DNA from: Eremomyces bilateralis CBS 781.70 | Lineage: Eukaryota | NCBI GenBank assembly: GCA_010015585.1 | Contig: ML975150.1 | DNA length: 64,000 nt | Reading direction: 5' to 3' (one strand) | Shown here: piece after piece, positions 36,161 to 49,857 of the stretch | Layout of the letters: every line of letters starts with the position of its first letter | Numbering within the stretch: position 1 is the first letter of the stretch | Made by a program: the position numbers and the translations under genes | Notes under the pieces: generated by a model | The model's input: the letters and a program-made list of their open reading frames with translations, nothing else | What the model was told of the DNA's origin: nothing | Databases searched by the model: none

Positions 36161-36912
36161 GACGGTCGACTGGGTGTTGATCAACTATGTTCTGCTGGGG
36201 TGGCACGCATGACAGAGCTGAGTGCCATTAATTGGGAAGAGGTTCTAGAAAGAGGTCCAAGAAAAGAGAGCACAAGATAGGCAAGAGTTGTTCAAGGTAG
36301 GGAATTGTTCTTTGGACATTTCATCACCTCGTTCATTCAGGTCCACGAGACGACATGGTGGAGTGGTGAACATCGGTGTTTACAAACATGCGTCGGTCGG
36401 ACGACTCGCGCCTGTCGCGCAACCTCAGCTGGTGATCGCTGATTGGTTGAGTCACGTGAGTGGTGGTCGATCTCGCGATATTCTTTGCCTCCGGCCGACA
36501 ACTCTACTGCTGTCCCTTAGTCCATGTCACTTTCGAGGAGTAAAACGATACCATCTACCCGTGTGGCCATTGTCTCCTAGCTGCCTATTGAAGGAGCTCA
36601 TCCAAAATTCATTGAGAGACCATCTCCCATTTTAATGACGCGAGAGTCAAGCAACATTCAAGAGCTTGCTATCCCTTCTCTCGCTCTACTGCGCAAGAGT
36701 GCTTTCAAGGACTAAATCCATCTCGTCCTTTCCTATCCATCGCTTGTCCTCACTGATCGCTGTCATTTGAGCATTTGGATTTACCTATTGTTCTCTCGAC
36801 TCTTCCACAGTCTCAATCATTGATGTTACGGTGATAATGTTGTGGACCTCACTAGCATGAAGCAGCAACATCGACACCACCACCCTCAGTAACGCTCAAG
36901 ATCGTCGTCAAG

Positions 36913-39900
36913 ATGGGTGACTACCATAACCCTCATTTCGGCCACGGATCGATGCCATATGCTGCGCAGAATAGCATACCATTTTCGCAGCCTCCTCAGC
37001 AGATGTTCCCTCAGCAACATGCCATGCAAATGCCTCAGCAGCATTCCGGATACACGCCTCATCCAAACCAAGCCGCATACCAGCATAGCGCGACCTTGCC
37101 TTCAGGAAACTACGGCCAGCCGATGCCGCCTTTTCCTAACCCGTACTGGGGACAGGTCACGCAGACCTCGCCAATCACTGCCCAGTCTCAGTATCAGACA
37201 CCGCCGGGTTATGGCATGCCTTTTCCCATCCCGCACTCGGTCGCTGGATACGCCGCAAACACTCCTGCTGCAGGGCAGTATCAAGCCTTTTCAATGCAGA
37301 ATACCCCTTACGCCCAACAACATAGCCAAATGCGCTCGCAAGCCCCTCAAAATCCGACCTTTCCTGGGTTCCCATCCCCTGGGCCGCAACTGACACCAAA
37401 CGGTACCAACGGACAGCCCAGGCCACGTCAAGATCTAGAAATGAGTAATGTCGACACAAACCCCATCACACCTTCATCTCAGCATGGCAAAACTGGAGCC
37501 GATGGATGGGGAAGTGTACAAGGTGGTGCAAATGAACCAAGAACTGATGCCAATCTGCATGGCAATGAAATGGCACGTGAAGCGAAAGGTTGGATCTCCT
37601 CATTCACTTCCTTGCCATGCGATCTCGAATCTGACTGCTTTCTAGATGCCTCTCATGATGCTTTAAACGCAGCAATCGAGATAGAAGACAACGAAGCCTA
37701 TTCTCCATCTTTGCCGCCGGTCAGTCAGGAAAATAATGCAGAAATGCAGAAACCCGATCAACCTACCAAGGGCGTGCAACCCAGTTCAAGTGAGCCAGCC
37801 GGTAAGTGGGAAGCCTGTGGAGTAGTGGTTCATCGTACTGTTATTACTTTCTTCAGAAAACACATTAACATTTCCATTTTTCACAGATGTTTTGAATGTG
37901 AATCACAACCCACCATATTTGCAAGCGCCAACTTCCCAAGTCCCTGCGAGTGTTCCTTTCGGATCAACCAGCATTCAATCGATTCCATCACACACAAACC
38001 TAGGCGACCCTTCCCACCACACACAACCCACAACATCCGCCACGCAGCCAGGTCACGCAGTGCCTCACCCAGATTGGGTTCGGAAATTCGTGAATACATT
38101 GGCGGAGAACGGCTACAGCGTTGGTGACATGGCGGAAGAAAATCCTCCTTGGACTGAATTTGAAATTGCCCAACTAAGTGGGCTATTTGACGAGGCTCGT
38201 GTCCACCTCGCCCAAGCGAAAGCACGAGTGGCCGCCGCGAAGCTGGGTAAATCTGCCCCGAAACCCCCACATGAGGAGTATATCCAGCGTCCCGCTGGTT
38301 CTACCGCCTTGGTTCCTCCCGAAGTCAATCAATCATTGACCCAGAATGCCCCTCCATGCGGTGAATCCGCTATTGCGACCGATCTCCCTGGGCTCGTCAA
38401 TCCAACTCCAGAAGCTGTCAAGGTGAACAATGCCGTGGGTGCAGCCTCATCAGGATATTCTCCCGATGTCCACAGACTTTCACCTTCACAGCCAATGAAA
38501 ACCTCCACTACGATTGCTCAATCAGTGGGCACAACTCCAGAAGCTGCAGCTGCAAAGCGTCAGGAATATATCCAGAAACTTCTTGCTCTTAAGAAGAAGA
38601 AGGCCGCGGGGTCTAATGCCGACCAAGCTCCGCCCTCTATACCCACGCCATCAGCGCTACTAGCAGAGCTCTCGGAAGAGTCCAAAGTTGTCAACCCTCC
38701 CATTTCCACAGGGCCAGAAGATGTCACTTCTAAGGCCATCGCATTCTCTGAGGCGGAGAGAAGTCCTTCCGTCGCAATCCCGGAGAACGGAGCACTGTCC
38801 GATGCGGTGGCGATCTCGGAAAGAGAAGAAAAGAAACGCAAGCAAACAGAGTTGGCTCGCCAAAGGTTGGAGGCTCATTTACTGAGGCAGAAAGCACAAG
38901 GGACTCCAAAACAAGCACCGGCTTATTCTCCACATCACCTGTCAAGTCAAGTTCAGCAACAGGAGAACATGTCCCAGGCTCCTGTTATTGCCAGGCCAGC
39001 CTCTTCCATGGGTGCGATCCCAGGACTTAGTCTTTCAGAGACCTTCCCGACTGCTATGTCAACCGGCCAAGGACTTCGCACTGCTCCCATCGTGAACGGC
39101 CAAGGTTATCCAAACGCCTTCTCCTCTCCTATCCGCCCTGTGCCTGGCTCTTTTTCCGTCCAGTCAAGCAATCTGAATAAGCGAAGAAGGCCTGTCGCTT
39201 CGGACTTTGACGATATTGACACGGAACCTTTGAGTAAACGTCCATCGTTCACTGCAAGTCGAAGCGCAAGCTATGGACAAGTCCATAACGCCTATGGTGG
39301 CTATGATCCCCATGAGCGGATGATAATCGATCTTAGTGATGACGAAGACGAAGATGAGGAGGAAGAGGAGGGTGAGGTTCTTGAGGATACAGAAGATGCT
39401 ATCCAAGATTCGGTTGAGCTTGAGGCCGCAGTAGCCGGCCTGATCGAATCTGAAATGCGGAAAGGAGCAAATTCTGGGGACGGTCTCCCTCCCCCGCCTC
39501 GTCCCCTTCCCGCTCTTTCATCGCTTCCTACCGTAACCCGATCCCGCGCACCGTTGGATACGCCGCCAATACCTTCCGGCTCTGAGACGCCGAACGTGGT
39601 CGAGAAAGAACAGGAAATCGAGAGGCTGAAGCGCGAGATTGCCGCCAAAGAAGCACTGATGCAGGCAAAACTGAAAGCCAAGAGCTCGCTCAAGAAACCC
39701 GACGCTCAGAGGAACGTCAAATCCGATCCCGCTACATCCTTCTCAGGCCGGCCAGCTGGTTTCACCACAACCGCTCATGCCGAAAGATCTGCAATAGCTT
39801 CAATCTCGCCTCGAATCAGTCGGGCCCAGATGCCAAGTACATTGGCGCTTTCCGACTCCCATGCCCATACGCTTTCTCCGTCGCCTTACCGTGAAACGTC

Positions 39901-42162
39901 AGTCCGTGCGCGGCGAAAGGAAGAATTGCAGAGAAAAATGCAGCAACTAGAAGATGAAGAGCGGAGAAGGCGCGAGGAAAAAGACAGGTATCTCCAAGAG
40001 CTCATGCAAATTAGCGATGACAGCGGCGAAGATGCTGGTGCTGGTGTCGCCAATGAGGTTGATAATTCGGAAGGAGATGCCAGCGCCCGCCTAGTCGGTG
40101 TCCCACTGGAGACCACTATACCCGAAGCCGCTGTGCCAGAAGCAGGCCCGGCTTTTGAGGCCATTCCGGGCTCTGCGGAGTCTGTTCGAGCCGATGCAAT
40201 ACCCACAGAGCGCCGGGCATCTGAGGATGATCTTGAGACAGGCTGGGAAGACCAGGATCTTTACGAAGACACGACCAAGAAGGATGACTCGGTCGATGGC
40301 CAGTCTGTTTCTTCCGCTATCTATGATGGCGGTGAGGACGAGGAGATGCTGTACGACGAGGATGACCGCACACCGCCCAATAATGCTAGCGAATCTTCTG
40401 GCCCTGGCGAGGCGATGGATCTTGAGGTCAGTGAGGGCGAGATTATGGAGGACGACGACACAAACAGACAAGCCCCCGAATCGCCAGATGATCCTAGAGA
40501 GATGGATCTACCCGAAATTGTTTATGGAGCAGAGGGGATGATTACGGCATCCAGGATTCCAAGTGCTTCGGCACTTCAGAGTGGTTCGGTATCCAAAGTA
40601 TCACAAGAGGTAGTCTCCACGCTCCTGCACAGTGGATCTGCACCTATGGAAGAATCATCAACCGAATCCGTCGACGAGGAAGAAGACTTCTACGATCAAG
40701 ACGAACAGCTTGCTCCAACCAATGGCTCACAGCGCTCCGTTGGGTCTGCTGCCGAAGAAGATGACAGCGATGATTATGATCCCGAGGACATCATCGGCGA
40801 TGAAGCTGCTTTGAGTGCCCAAGATGCCGATATCGGAGAGGACGTCAACAGCACAATTCCTGATCATGTCTCGCTGGCCGCACAAGTCGCTGCTGGATTC
40901 CTCGAGATGGAGTCTCTTGACCCAAGCCAATCGACCAGTGTCTTCAGCGAAGACCGAGTAGGTGCGATCGGCGCAGCTCATCTGACCAGCTTCGAGAAGC
41001 CTGGCGAAGTCCAAAACGCCGCTCCCATCGACACCACAAATCCGATTGCAGCTTTGCTCTCGTCCCATGTCGAATCCATTAGTACCCAAGGTGACTCACA
41101 GAAAGACGCAGACCGTGCGATTGCTGCGGTTGATGACAAGCATACCGATGACGCCGAGCGCCAGGCACAAGAAGCACTTATACTCGAGGCGAAACGGGCT
41201 GAGAGGAATGCCTTGCTCCGGGCGAGGCTAGAAGCTCTTCGCCAGAACAAGCCGTCATCTGAAGCGGAGGCTTCTCCGGTACAGCGAGATATCGCCGAGG
41301 AGAAGCAGGCAGTGACAGATGAAGTCCAGATTGCAGCTGCGGAACCTAGTGCTACTTCGGAAGCTTCTGAGGAGAGTTCGGAATCGGAGTCGGAGGAATC
41401 AGAAGACATGGACCTTGAATCTGTAAGTGCCGCAATCCTGTTCAGCCGTGAGAGAATGTACGTGAATTTAACATCTCTTAGAACACGCCAGAAATACAGA
41501 TTCGAGCTACCAGCCAAGAGGCTTCAATGAAAGTGCCCGTGCCCAGTATCCCTCAACCCACGGCTGGGGCTCTTGCGAACGCTCGCTCCCAGCATTTCAA
41601 AGCTTACGAGTCCCCCTTGCGCATGTTCAGGTCCTATCGATACCATCCGCACTACTCCCAGAACGTCCGCGGGGGTTTCCGTTCGTTAACTTACAGCCAT
41701 AGCATCGATCCGAACAAGCCGATATGTATGAATGACATTGACGGTGTCTGTACTGACCCAAAGTGCAAGAAAGGTCAACATTGGAATAAGATGGGGTTGA
41801 GTGGTATGTTTGTTCTGTGGTCACTTGATTTCTCGAGCCAGTAATGTGGACTCGGCTCCTCCTCCGCCCATTCAACTCGTTCCTTGCATGCTCCTTTCTT
41901 TCACTAGTTCTTGCACTATGTTCAGGGTGGTCTTACTGACAGCTGTGCCACTAACGATGCAGACGACATGATCCTTGTTCAGCTCGGGACAAAGAACCCC
42001 GGCCAGACCGAAGACGAACGCAAGAAATGGACCGAAGGACTCAAGGAGGTGGTAAAGGTCCTTCGACAACGCGGCGTAAACGATCCGGAATTAGTTGCGA
42101 AAGAAATCGCAAACTACCGACGACGATTTCTCGGCGATGAGACACGGGTCTTGAACTTATGA
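36913..42162 (+). CDS. Large low-complexity protein with a C-terminal zf-C3H1 domain (Red1/ZFC3H1-like)
   Basis: YESPLRMFRSYRYHP...SLTYSHSIDPNKPIC..GVCTDPKC..QH; four ORF segments joined by inferred GT-AG introns near 37.6, 37.8, 41.4 and 41.8 kb. Confidence 0.8.
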
Positions 42163-42944
42163 GGCTTGAATTGATGCCTACTTGCATAGATCCCACTCTC
42201 CCATCCCTCCCATTTCTGATACCCCAAGCATTATCTACCGGCGTGGTCACGCTCGCATTTGTTTTTGCCTTAATTACGCTAGCATGTGGCTCTCATCTTG
42301 TGATGAACTGCTTTCCTGCTCGTTTCTTTCCTGTTTCCTCTCGCGTGCGGGCTCCGTCCTGCGACTTGCACACTTCCGAGTCAATGAGTTTAAGCTATCT
42401 CAGTCCGATCTGGCCGAGCCAGATACCTCAGCGGGTACATCTTCTCGCGACCCTCTAGCCTGAGCTTGGCGCATGCGGGCAAGTCTCGAAACGTTCGATC
42501 TCCGTCATCGAAATCAGGACCAGGAGTAAAGGAATTTCCGGGAACGAACGGTATTTGGAAATACTACGAGAAGCTGGTTGCACCGCCTTTTCCAACGCCC
42601 CTCGGTCCGCCTTTCACCTTATCCGGCGTGGCTAAATATGACCGTAAGACTGTACGTCAACCGGTCGGAGCAAGCGAGACCAGGCGATGAAGATGCGGGA
42701 TGCCGCCGCGTACCAAATCACGTCAGTGTCAAAGTTCACAAAAGTTGGAAGTGCGACACGTAGTGTTTCAATAGCTTAGTTATGGCTCTAAAATAATTGA
42801 ACTTCTTAATCCTTCATATATGCGCCATTGTGACGTGAATACCGTACCTTGTTCTCCCAGCCAGGAATAAATCTGGTTACAGGGAATTTCATTTTCTCAA
42901 ACTTCGGGAAAACACATTCCAGGAAGAGCCCACATCAGCCGAGA

Positions 42945-44388
42945 CTATTGGAGTTCCCATTGATCGCCGTTGACGACCACATCAATGGGTCTCTTCTCAT
43001 CCAAGCTTCTCCGTCCCGCTTCCAGAATGGCCGACGTGGCAAGAGTGTTCTTCAACGTTGGCAAATTCATATTGTCGAAATTATCCAATGTGGCTGTTCC
43101 CTCTTTGAGGGCCGTGACGGCATCGACGAACTTCTCGAACGACACATAGCCGTAGCCGGACTGACCATTGAACTCGCCGGTGGGACCAGGAGCATATGAC
43201 ATGTAGAAACTGGTTGCAAGTTAGTGTCCAGCGATGGAGTCCCAGGGTATTTGGGGATACTCACGGATTATACCACGCCAACCCGCCATCGTCGCTGGTC
43301 ACATCGTATCCCCTCTTGGCCTGATTCATGCGAATCTCCCCCTTCGACCCGACATAGTGGAAGTACTGGTTACTGTGCACGCCTGCCTTCTGCGGCGCCG
43401 TCCAACTCGCCGTGTATATTCCCACCGCCCTCTTCGCACCGAGATCCTCCACTTGGTCCTCCTTGCCTTCAACCGATTTTCCCCACTCCACCATGCAGGT
43501 GATGGTATCCTCTGTCTCTGCCACGCAGCCCACACCGGTGGCGATCCCTTTACTCGCCGATGCATTCACGCGTGCGGGCCTCCACTGTGGTGCCAGGTAC
43601 GCACAGATGTCGATATGGTGCGAGTTGAGGTAGTAGCTGATGTCCGAGTCCTTGCCCGCCCAGGCCTTGAACGTTTCCAGCTGCGACTTCGGCTGTGACA
43701 TGTAGCTGTAGAAGTAGTTGAAGTCGCCGATTTGCGTGGCCTTGTGTCGGGCATCTGCGTAGGCCGGGTCGAATCGCTTGTGGTGCTCGACGTAGACCAG
43801 GAGATTGCGCTTGCGAGCTTCGGCGAGAAGGATCTGGTGCTCGGAGAGGAGCAGCGTGGCAGGCTTGGTGACGAGGACATGGTGGCCCTTTTGGAGGGCA
43901 TACAGAGCGATTGGGAAATGTGTGGGGTCAGGTGTGAAAATGGTGATGGCAGAGGCGGGAGGAAGGGCATCGATAGCCGCCTTGTAGGCCTCCGGGTCGG
44001 ACGTATTGTTGTCCGGGTAGGAGTCGAAGCTGGTGTCCAAATTGTTGTAGACTTGGGTGATGTTCTTGGTAAGGTGTTCTCCTAGAATGTCCCTGATATC
44101 AGACCATCTCGTCCTATATGGTTCGGACGATGGAGGACTTACGGATTGCTGGGAACTTCTGGCCTGAGACTCCCACCATACTCAAGTTGCCCACCTTGCC
44201 TCGCCTTCGCAGGTCAAAGAGCGTCAGTCCAACCACGCCCACCTTCTTGTCTGATCCGGAAGCTCCTCCGCCAACAAATCCCGTCGTGTACTCCCCAGTA
44301 CCGACCTACGTGGTAGTCCGTCAATATGTGTCCCTCAACTCAAAGGGAAATGACCTGTACTCACCATGCACACATCGAGTGGAGCCAT
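42945..44388 (-). CDS. gaaA: D-galacturonate reductase (Gfo/Idh/MocA family)
   Basis: [49 protein letters not shown] and [17 protein letters not shown] match Aspergillus GaaA as recalled; divergent from gaaC. Confidence 0.9.
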
Positions 44389-44917
44389 ATTGTATACAGT
44401 CAATACTCTAAGATTAGGGCAACTGGTTACAATTTTGGATGTTTCTTGGAGTCTCAAAGTTTACTCATAAATGAAAAGAGATCAATTCAATCGAGCAGCA
44501 AACCCCAGAGCTGTTCATAGTCTCTAATGCCCCCCGCCCCGAGGCCGCACTGGTCGCGAGTCGCGGGTAAATACCACCGCTCAATTCCATCCTTGTTGTG
44601 AGAAATAGATGGGATCTTCAGGGTTAATTCAGGACAATCTTCCTCCAGACGGTCCCCCGGAGAGGATTTGGAGGCTGATGGTGGAACCGGGAATGTTTCC
44701 GGATGATCGAACCACGATGCTCTCTCCTCCTCCCCTCCGTTCATAATTCATTCCATCAATAAACGAACAGCCAACGGTTGCAATCGCTCATAACTACAAG
44801 CATCCAGTCACAGCCGATCATGCAAAAATCAACCGCCGCAGGACAATCAAGGAGCCATGCATGGAAATCTGCAGGTGATGGATTGCGGCGTTTACCCCAC
44901 GACTTCCCCCTGGAGTG

Positions 44918-44926
44918 ATTGGTGGA
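44918..44926 (-). promoter_or_regulatory. Galacturonate-responsive element (GARE, TCCNCCAAT); a second core CCTCCAA lies at 44668-44674
   Basis: ATTGGTGGA is the reverse complement of TCCACCAAT and lies in the gaaA-gaaC intergenic region. Confidence 0.7.
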
Positions 44927-46011
44927 ACAATTCCATCTCCTGCTTCCTTTGACGACGTTTCTCCAACTTGTTCCTTCAACTTGTACGTCGGCTCTCCCAA
45001 TTTCTCACCACTGCATGCCAGAGCATGGCGCGACATTGGAAAGGATCCGTTATAAGGCCTGTTCAATGAGGAAAAAAACGCCCGTGGTTAGTCAATTGCA
45101 TAATTGGCATTCGTGTTCCTGCTCCTAAGCCCTCCGAATCCCCAGACTCTCTGCCCGTATGGCTGTCTCGACCTCTCGTGTGAAGATCCCCTCCCCATCT
45201 CCGCCAGGAATCAGGAACGATAACGGCCAATGAGGGACAATGTATCATCGCTGATGGTCTAGTCTTGTCTAGTCTTGTTACTGCTCCAAATTCTGGAAGC
45301 GGCCCGTCTTCAATCCCACGTCTTACAATCCCACGTCTTCCATTTCCCGTACAGCGGTTCGGATCATCGCGTTCACATTATGTCAAATTTTCCTTTGCTT
45401 CCCCCCCATAGACGCGGCTGTTCCGCTAATATCCCTCCGGCTATTCTTGGACCAGTCATGCTAAGACAGCGCCTCCATTCTCGTAAGATCCCCTCCACAT
45501 ACCGGTATCCTCGTCCCCTTTTGCCCCGGGAAATCAGACCAGGTTCGGGATGGACGGTTGATGCTATTTTTCCATGCTAGACGGGATCAGCTCCGAGCAT
45601 GTCCTAACATTTATATTAATGCCCTGTCCATAGATGCAGGTTGGGTAGAGTGTCGTGTGTATCACCTCAGCGAAATTCTTGGTTCTCTCGGTCCTTTCGC
45701 ACTCATCCTCCAGATCAATGTCCAGCTGACTTCCTTTCTATTGCATCTGTCAATTCCTCGGAGTCGTTCTCAATTTATTGCGATTCCTATCTAGGCTTCC
45801 CCGCATTCCTGCATGCAGTTCCTTAGAATCTGCATCTCACCAGCTGCCAGCGCTTTGACGGATCCTTCCGAACCATTGTGGTAGCAAGATCTATATAACA
45901 CGGAGAAAGCCCCGTTATATAGCCATCCATCCTTGTACTCAAAGCCGTAGTGACTGATTAACTTCTGGGGTTTCCAGAATCAAAGCATCGTCTAAGCATT
46001 GCACTGTCATC

Positions 46012-47202
46012 ATGGCAACTGAGAGCGTCGTCACAAATGGGGCAGCAAATGGTCATACAGCAGATGGACCACTCTTGAATGGCAATCATTCAATCTCTGC
46101 CACCAATGGATCTTTCCATCCGCCTTCCGGAAGCCGGAACCCTCTCCGTCCTGGAATCTACTGTCCCGTCCTTACCTTCTTCGATGCAGACGACAACCTG
46201 GATCTTCAAGCCATCGGCGCCCATTCGGTCCGCCTGGCACAGGCCGGCCTGGTTGGCATTGTCACCATGGGCTCCAACGGCGAGGCGGTGCATCTGACCC
46301 GCGCCGAGAAAGTCATCGTTACTCGCACTGTCCGGGCAGCCTTGGATCAGGCCGGTTTCTCCCACATCCCCATCATGGTTGGAACGTCCGAGCAATCGGT
46401 CACACTCACCCTGGACTTAATCCACGAATCCGCCGCCGCAGGAGGAGAATACGCGCTGCTGGTTCCGCCCAGCTACTACCGAGCGGCCATGGATGACGCC
46501 GCCATCTACACCTACTTCACCTCCGTCGCCTCCGCTTCTCCCATCCCGCTCGTGCTCTACAACTACCCCGGCGCCGTCGCCGGCATCGACATGGATTCCG
46601 ACCTCCTGATCCGCATCTGCCAGCATCCCAACATCGTCGGCTGCAAGTTCACCTGCGGTAACAACGGCAAGCTCACCCGCGTCGCCCGCGCCATGAATGC
46701 CTTGCACCCCTCCACCCTCCCCAACCTGGACAACAAGACCAAGCCCGCTCCCACCGCCACGCTCATCCCCGGCCTCTCGGACGCGCCGGCGGGGCTTCCC
46801 ACCTCCTCCACCGAGGAGGCCAAGGGCATCCCGTACATGGCTTTCGGCGGAATGGCCGACTTCACCCTTCAAACCTTCGTCTCCGGCGGCTCGGGCATCA
46901 TCGCGGGTGGCGCCAATGTGTTCCCGAAAACCTGCGTGAGGGTGTGGAAGGCAATGGAATCACTCTCGTCGTCGCCCGACCCGCTCGCTACGCTGTCCGA
47001 GGCGGCGCGCCTGCAGCGGGTCCTCTCGACGGGGGACTGGGTGCTCACGAAGAGCGCCATCCCCGGCACCAAGTCGGCGTTGCAGAGTTACTTCGGGTAC
47101 GGCGGGTTCCCGAGGGCGCCGCTCAAGCGGTTGGATGAGGTGGAGGCGTTGAGGATTAAGGACGCGACGACGGAGCTGTGGGCGCTGGAGGCGGCGCTAT
47201 GA
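46012..47202 (+). CDS. gaaC: 2-keto-3-deoxy-L-galactonate (L-threo-3-deoxy-hexulosonate) aldolase, DHDPS family
   Basis: MGSNGEAVHL, PPSYY, LYNYPGAVAGIDMDSD, GCKFTCGN (Schiff-base Lys); head-to-head with gaaA. Confidence 0.9.
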   Translation: MATESVVTNGAANGHTADGPLLNGNHSISATNGSFHPPSGSRNPLRPGIYCPVLTFFDADDNLDLQAIGAHSVRLAQAGLVGIVTMGSNGEAVHLTRAEKVIVTRTVRAALDQAGFSHIPIMVGTSEQSVTLTLDLIHESAAAGGEYALLVPPSYYRAAMDDAAIYTYFTSVASASPIPLVLYNYPGAVAGIDMDSDLLIRICQHPNIVGCKFTCGNNGKLTRVARAMNALHPSTLPNLDNKTKPAPTATLIPGLSDAPAGLPTSSTEEAKGIPYMAFGGMADFTLQTFVSGGSGIIAGGANVFPKTCVRVWKAMESLSSSPDPLATLSEAARLQRVLSTGDWVLTKSAIPGTKSALQSYFGYGGFPRAPLKRLDEVEALRIKDATTELWALEAAL

Positions 47203-47505
47203 CGCTTCACGGACGGTGACACAGATCGGCGTTGGGGGTGGGCGGGTGATGGACGATAATGCGGGGTGAAATATGAAATAGAGCAAGCATCCTCATCGTT
47301 CGAATTCGTGTAGTCTATTCCGCCAATTGAGTTGGATCATGCTGTACAAAGGGCCCACCGTCCGTCTATACCCTATACAAAATGAGCTCCATGTAGCTTT
47401 CGCTCCCTCGAGTCGCTTTTGTGGCATGATTTGCACGGACTGCCCATCCGCCGAACCTAGAGAACAGAAAAAATCTCCATCCATCTCTATCGCCTTCCAT
47501 CTCAA

Positions 47506-49857
47506 TCACCTCGAGAAGGGATACCCCCCAGGGAAGTTCCCGGCCCCTCGCCCCTGCCCCGGCATTCCTCCACCCGCAGAGTACGTCGAGAATGGGCTTC
47601 CGCCCATGCCGCCCATGCCGCCCATGCCACCCATCCCGCCGCCACCGAATCCTCCACCAGGTCTTCCGCCGCCGCCGGCGCCGCCGAAGAGGGAGAATAG
47701 CACCTCGGGGTCGATGGGGACGCCGCCCCCTCCGCCGCCGTGGAAGCCACCACCACCGCCGTACATGTCTGAGGGGTCCATGAGGTCGGCTCCAGAGTCG
47801 TAGTGAGCGCGTTTCCTGTGACAAAGCGGTTAGCAACAAATTCCGGGTATTAAGGGAGTTTCAGAGAGATACAACAACGTCTCTGAGGAGAAAAGTAAAG
47901 GGACACATACTGAGAATCACTCAAACACTCATACGCCTCCCCGACATCCTTGAACCTCTCCTCCGCCCCCTCCACCCCGATGTTCTTGTCGGGATGATGC
48001 AGCACCGCCAACTTCCGGTACGCTTTCTTGATCTCCATATCGCCCGCCTCCTTATCTACACCCAAGATCTTGTAGTAATCCTTCCGCTTGCTCTTCTTCA
48101 GCTCCAGCTCCGCCTTGCGAATTTCCGAATCGATGTTTGGTTCTCCGGGGTTGGACTCTTTGACCGCCTTCAGCTCCTTGACCGCATCTTCCCATCGCCC
48201 TTGCTGACCCCAGACGGTGGCGCGGGTTTTGATGGCCTTGGTGTATCTCGGATCGAACTTCAGTGCGGCGCTACAGTCCTCTTCCGCGGCGTCGTATTTC
48301 TTCAGCTTGAGGTTACACAACCCCCGATTATAAAGGATTTTCGCGTTCGTTAACCGCGCCGATGGGTCGATCTCCAAGGCGTCCGTATATTTGAGAATGG
48401 CTCGATGGAATGAGCCGGTCTTGAACAATGTATTTCCCTCCGCCTTGAGCGACTCCAGCCGCGACACCCGCTTATACAGCCGCGCCGCCTCCGTGAAGTC
48501 CGGATCGAGGTTCATGGCGTGCCGCAGGTGCTTGATCGCCCCGTCGCTGTCGCCGGAAAAGTACATCGCTTTGGCGCGCATCAGCAACGCGTCGGGATCG
48601 AGCCCGCCGGACGCTTCCCGTAGTAGCTGCATGGAAATCGATTCGGCCTCCCCGAGCGAGTTGGCGTTCCCCGAGGGGTTTGCGGCGCCCATACGGAGAT
48701 ACGCCGCGGCTTTCATGAGGCGCCATTTCCGCGGCCACGTTACGTAGGCTCCCAGGTGCCTTGCCGCGCGCTCGAGTGCGTGGAGGATCAGCGTGCCGCC
48801 AGCAGTCTGGTCGTCGAGGAGCATGTTCGCTTCTCCGATGGCTTTGCGCATCTCCACGGCGGGGGACATGTCGGTGGCGGACGGGGGAGGGGTGATCTTC
48901 GCGTAGATGGACAGGGCGGAGTCGTGGTTGCCCACGGCGACTTCGATGCGGGCCATGCGAAGGAGGATTTTGGGGTTGTTCGGGTCCATCATATCTGCGG
49001 CTCGGATGTCCTCCATGGCAGAGGTGTATCGGTTGGCTGACATGTATGCTGCGGCGCGGTTGGAGCGGTATGTGGGGCTGTTGGGGTCGGCTTCGATTGC
49101 TGTGATGCGATGTCAGAACCAGATGATCAAGAGGATGAATCAATACGAAGCAGTGAATCGAACCTTTGGTGTATTCCTGGATGGCTTTGTCATACTCCTT
49201 TGCCTTGAAAAACTTGTTGCCAGCGGCCTTGAATGTCTCCGCATCGGCCGAAGGCTTCGCTGCATCTTGTGTACGATGGGGAGGAGGCGCGGGGGGTGCA
49301 TCTCCATGAGCGGATGTGCCATTGACATTGGCGCCGTTGGCTTTCCGGGGGAATGTACCGGCCTTGTGGAGCGGGCTTCCCGGTCTCTGCGGAGTGGACT
49401 TGGATTTCACCGAGTCGGAATTGGTTCGATGGAGAGATGGGTTGGAGGGAGACGGGGTTGGCGTGCGAGTTTTCTCGCGGTCAACATCCATCGGGCTGCC
49501 CGTCGCATATTGTGAATTCTCGCTCATGGTGCTGCTGCGACTCAGGTGCGAGAAGCGTCTCTGCAGCTCGTCGGGAGGGAGGTTCAACGGGTGCGAATCG
49601 CGATTCTTGTCCTTCTTAGATGACTTTCCAGTCGAGGCGGTGCGGGAATGCTTCTTTTCTCGTCCACCGGATCCGGCGCTGGAGCTATCTTTCCGAGCCT
49701 CTTCCTTCTCGCCTTTGTCAGCAGTTCGTTTCGAGGGAGATTTCTTTTCAGGCGATGACGGCGGGGTAGACTCGACGGAGGGAGGGAGCGAGGTATCGAT
49801 CTTGTCAGCCAGTTTCTTCTTGGATTTTTGATTGAAGAAGTTGAGATTCGGCACCAT
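47506..49857 (-). CDS. TPR plus DnaJ co-chaperone (DNAJC7-like)
   Basis: TPR motifs ([18 protein letters not shown]), J-domain [17 protein letters not shown]-rich tail; two introns. Confidence 0.92.

Noticed and set aside
42900..42947. SRL codons directly after the gaaA stop (possible read-through PTS1)
   Set aside because: SRL is not followed by a stop and the context is not TGA-CTA
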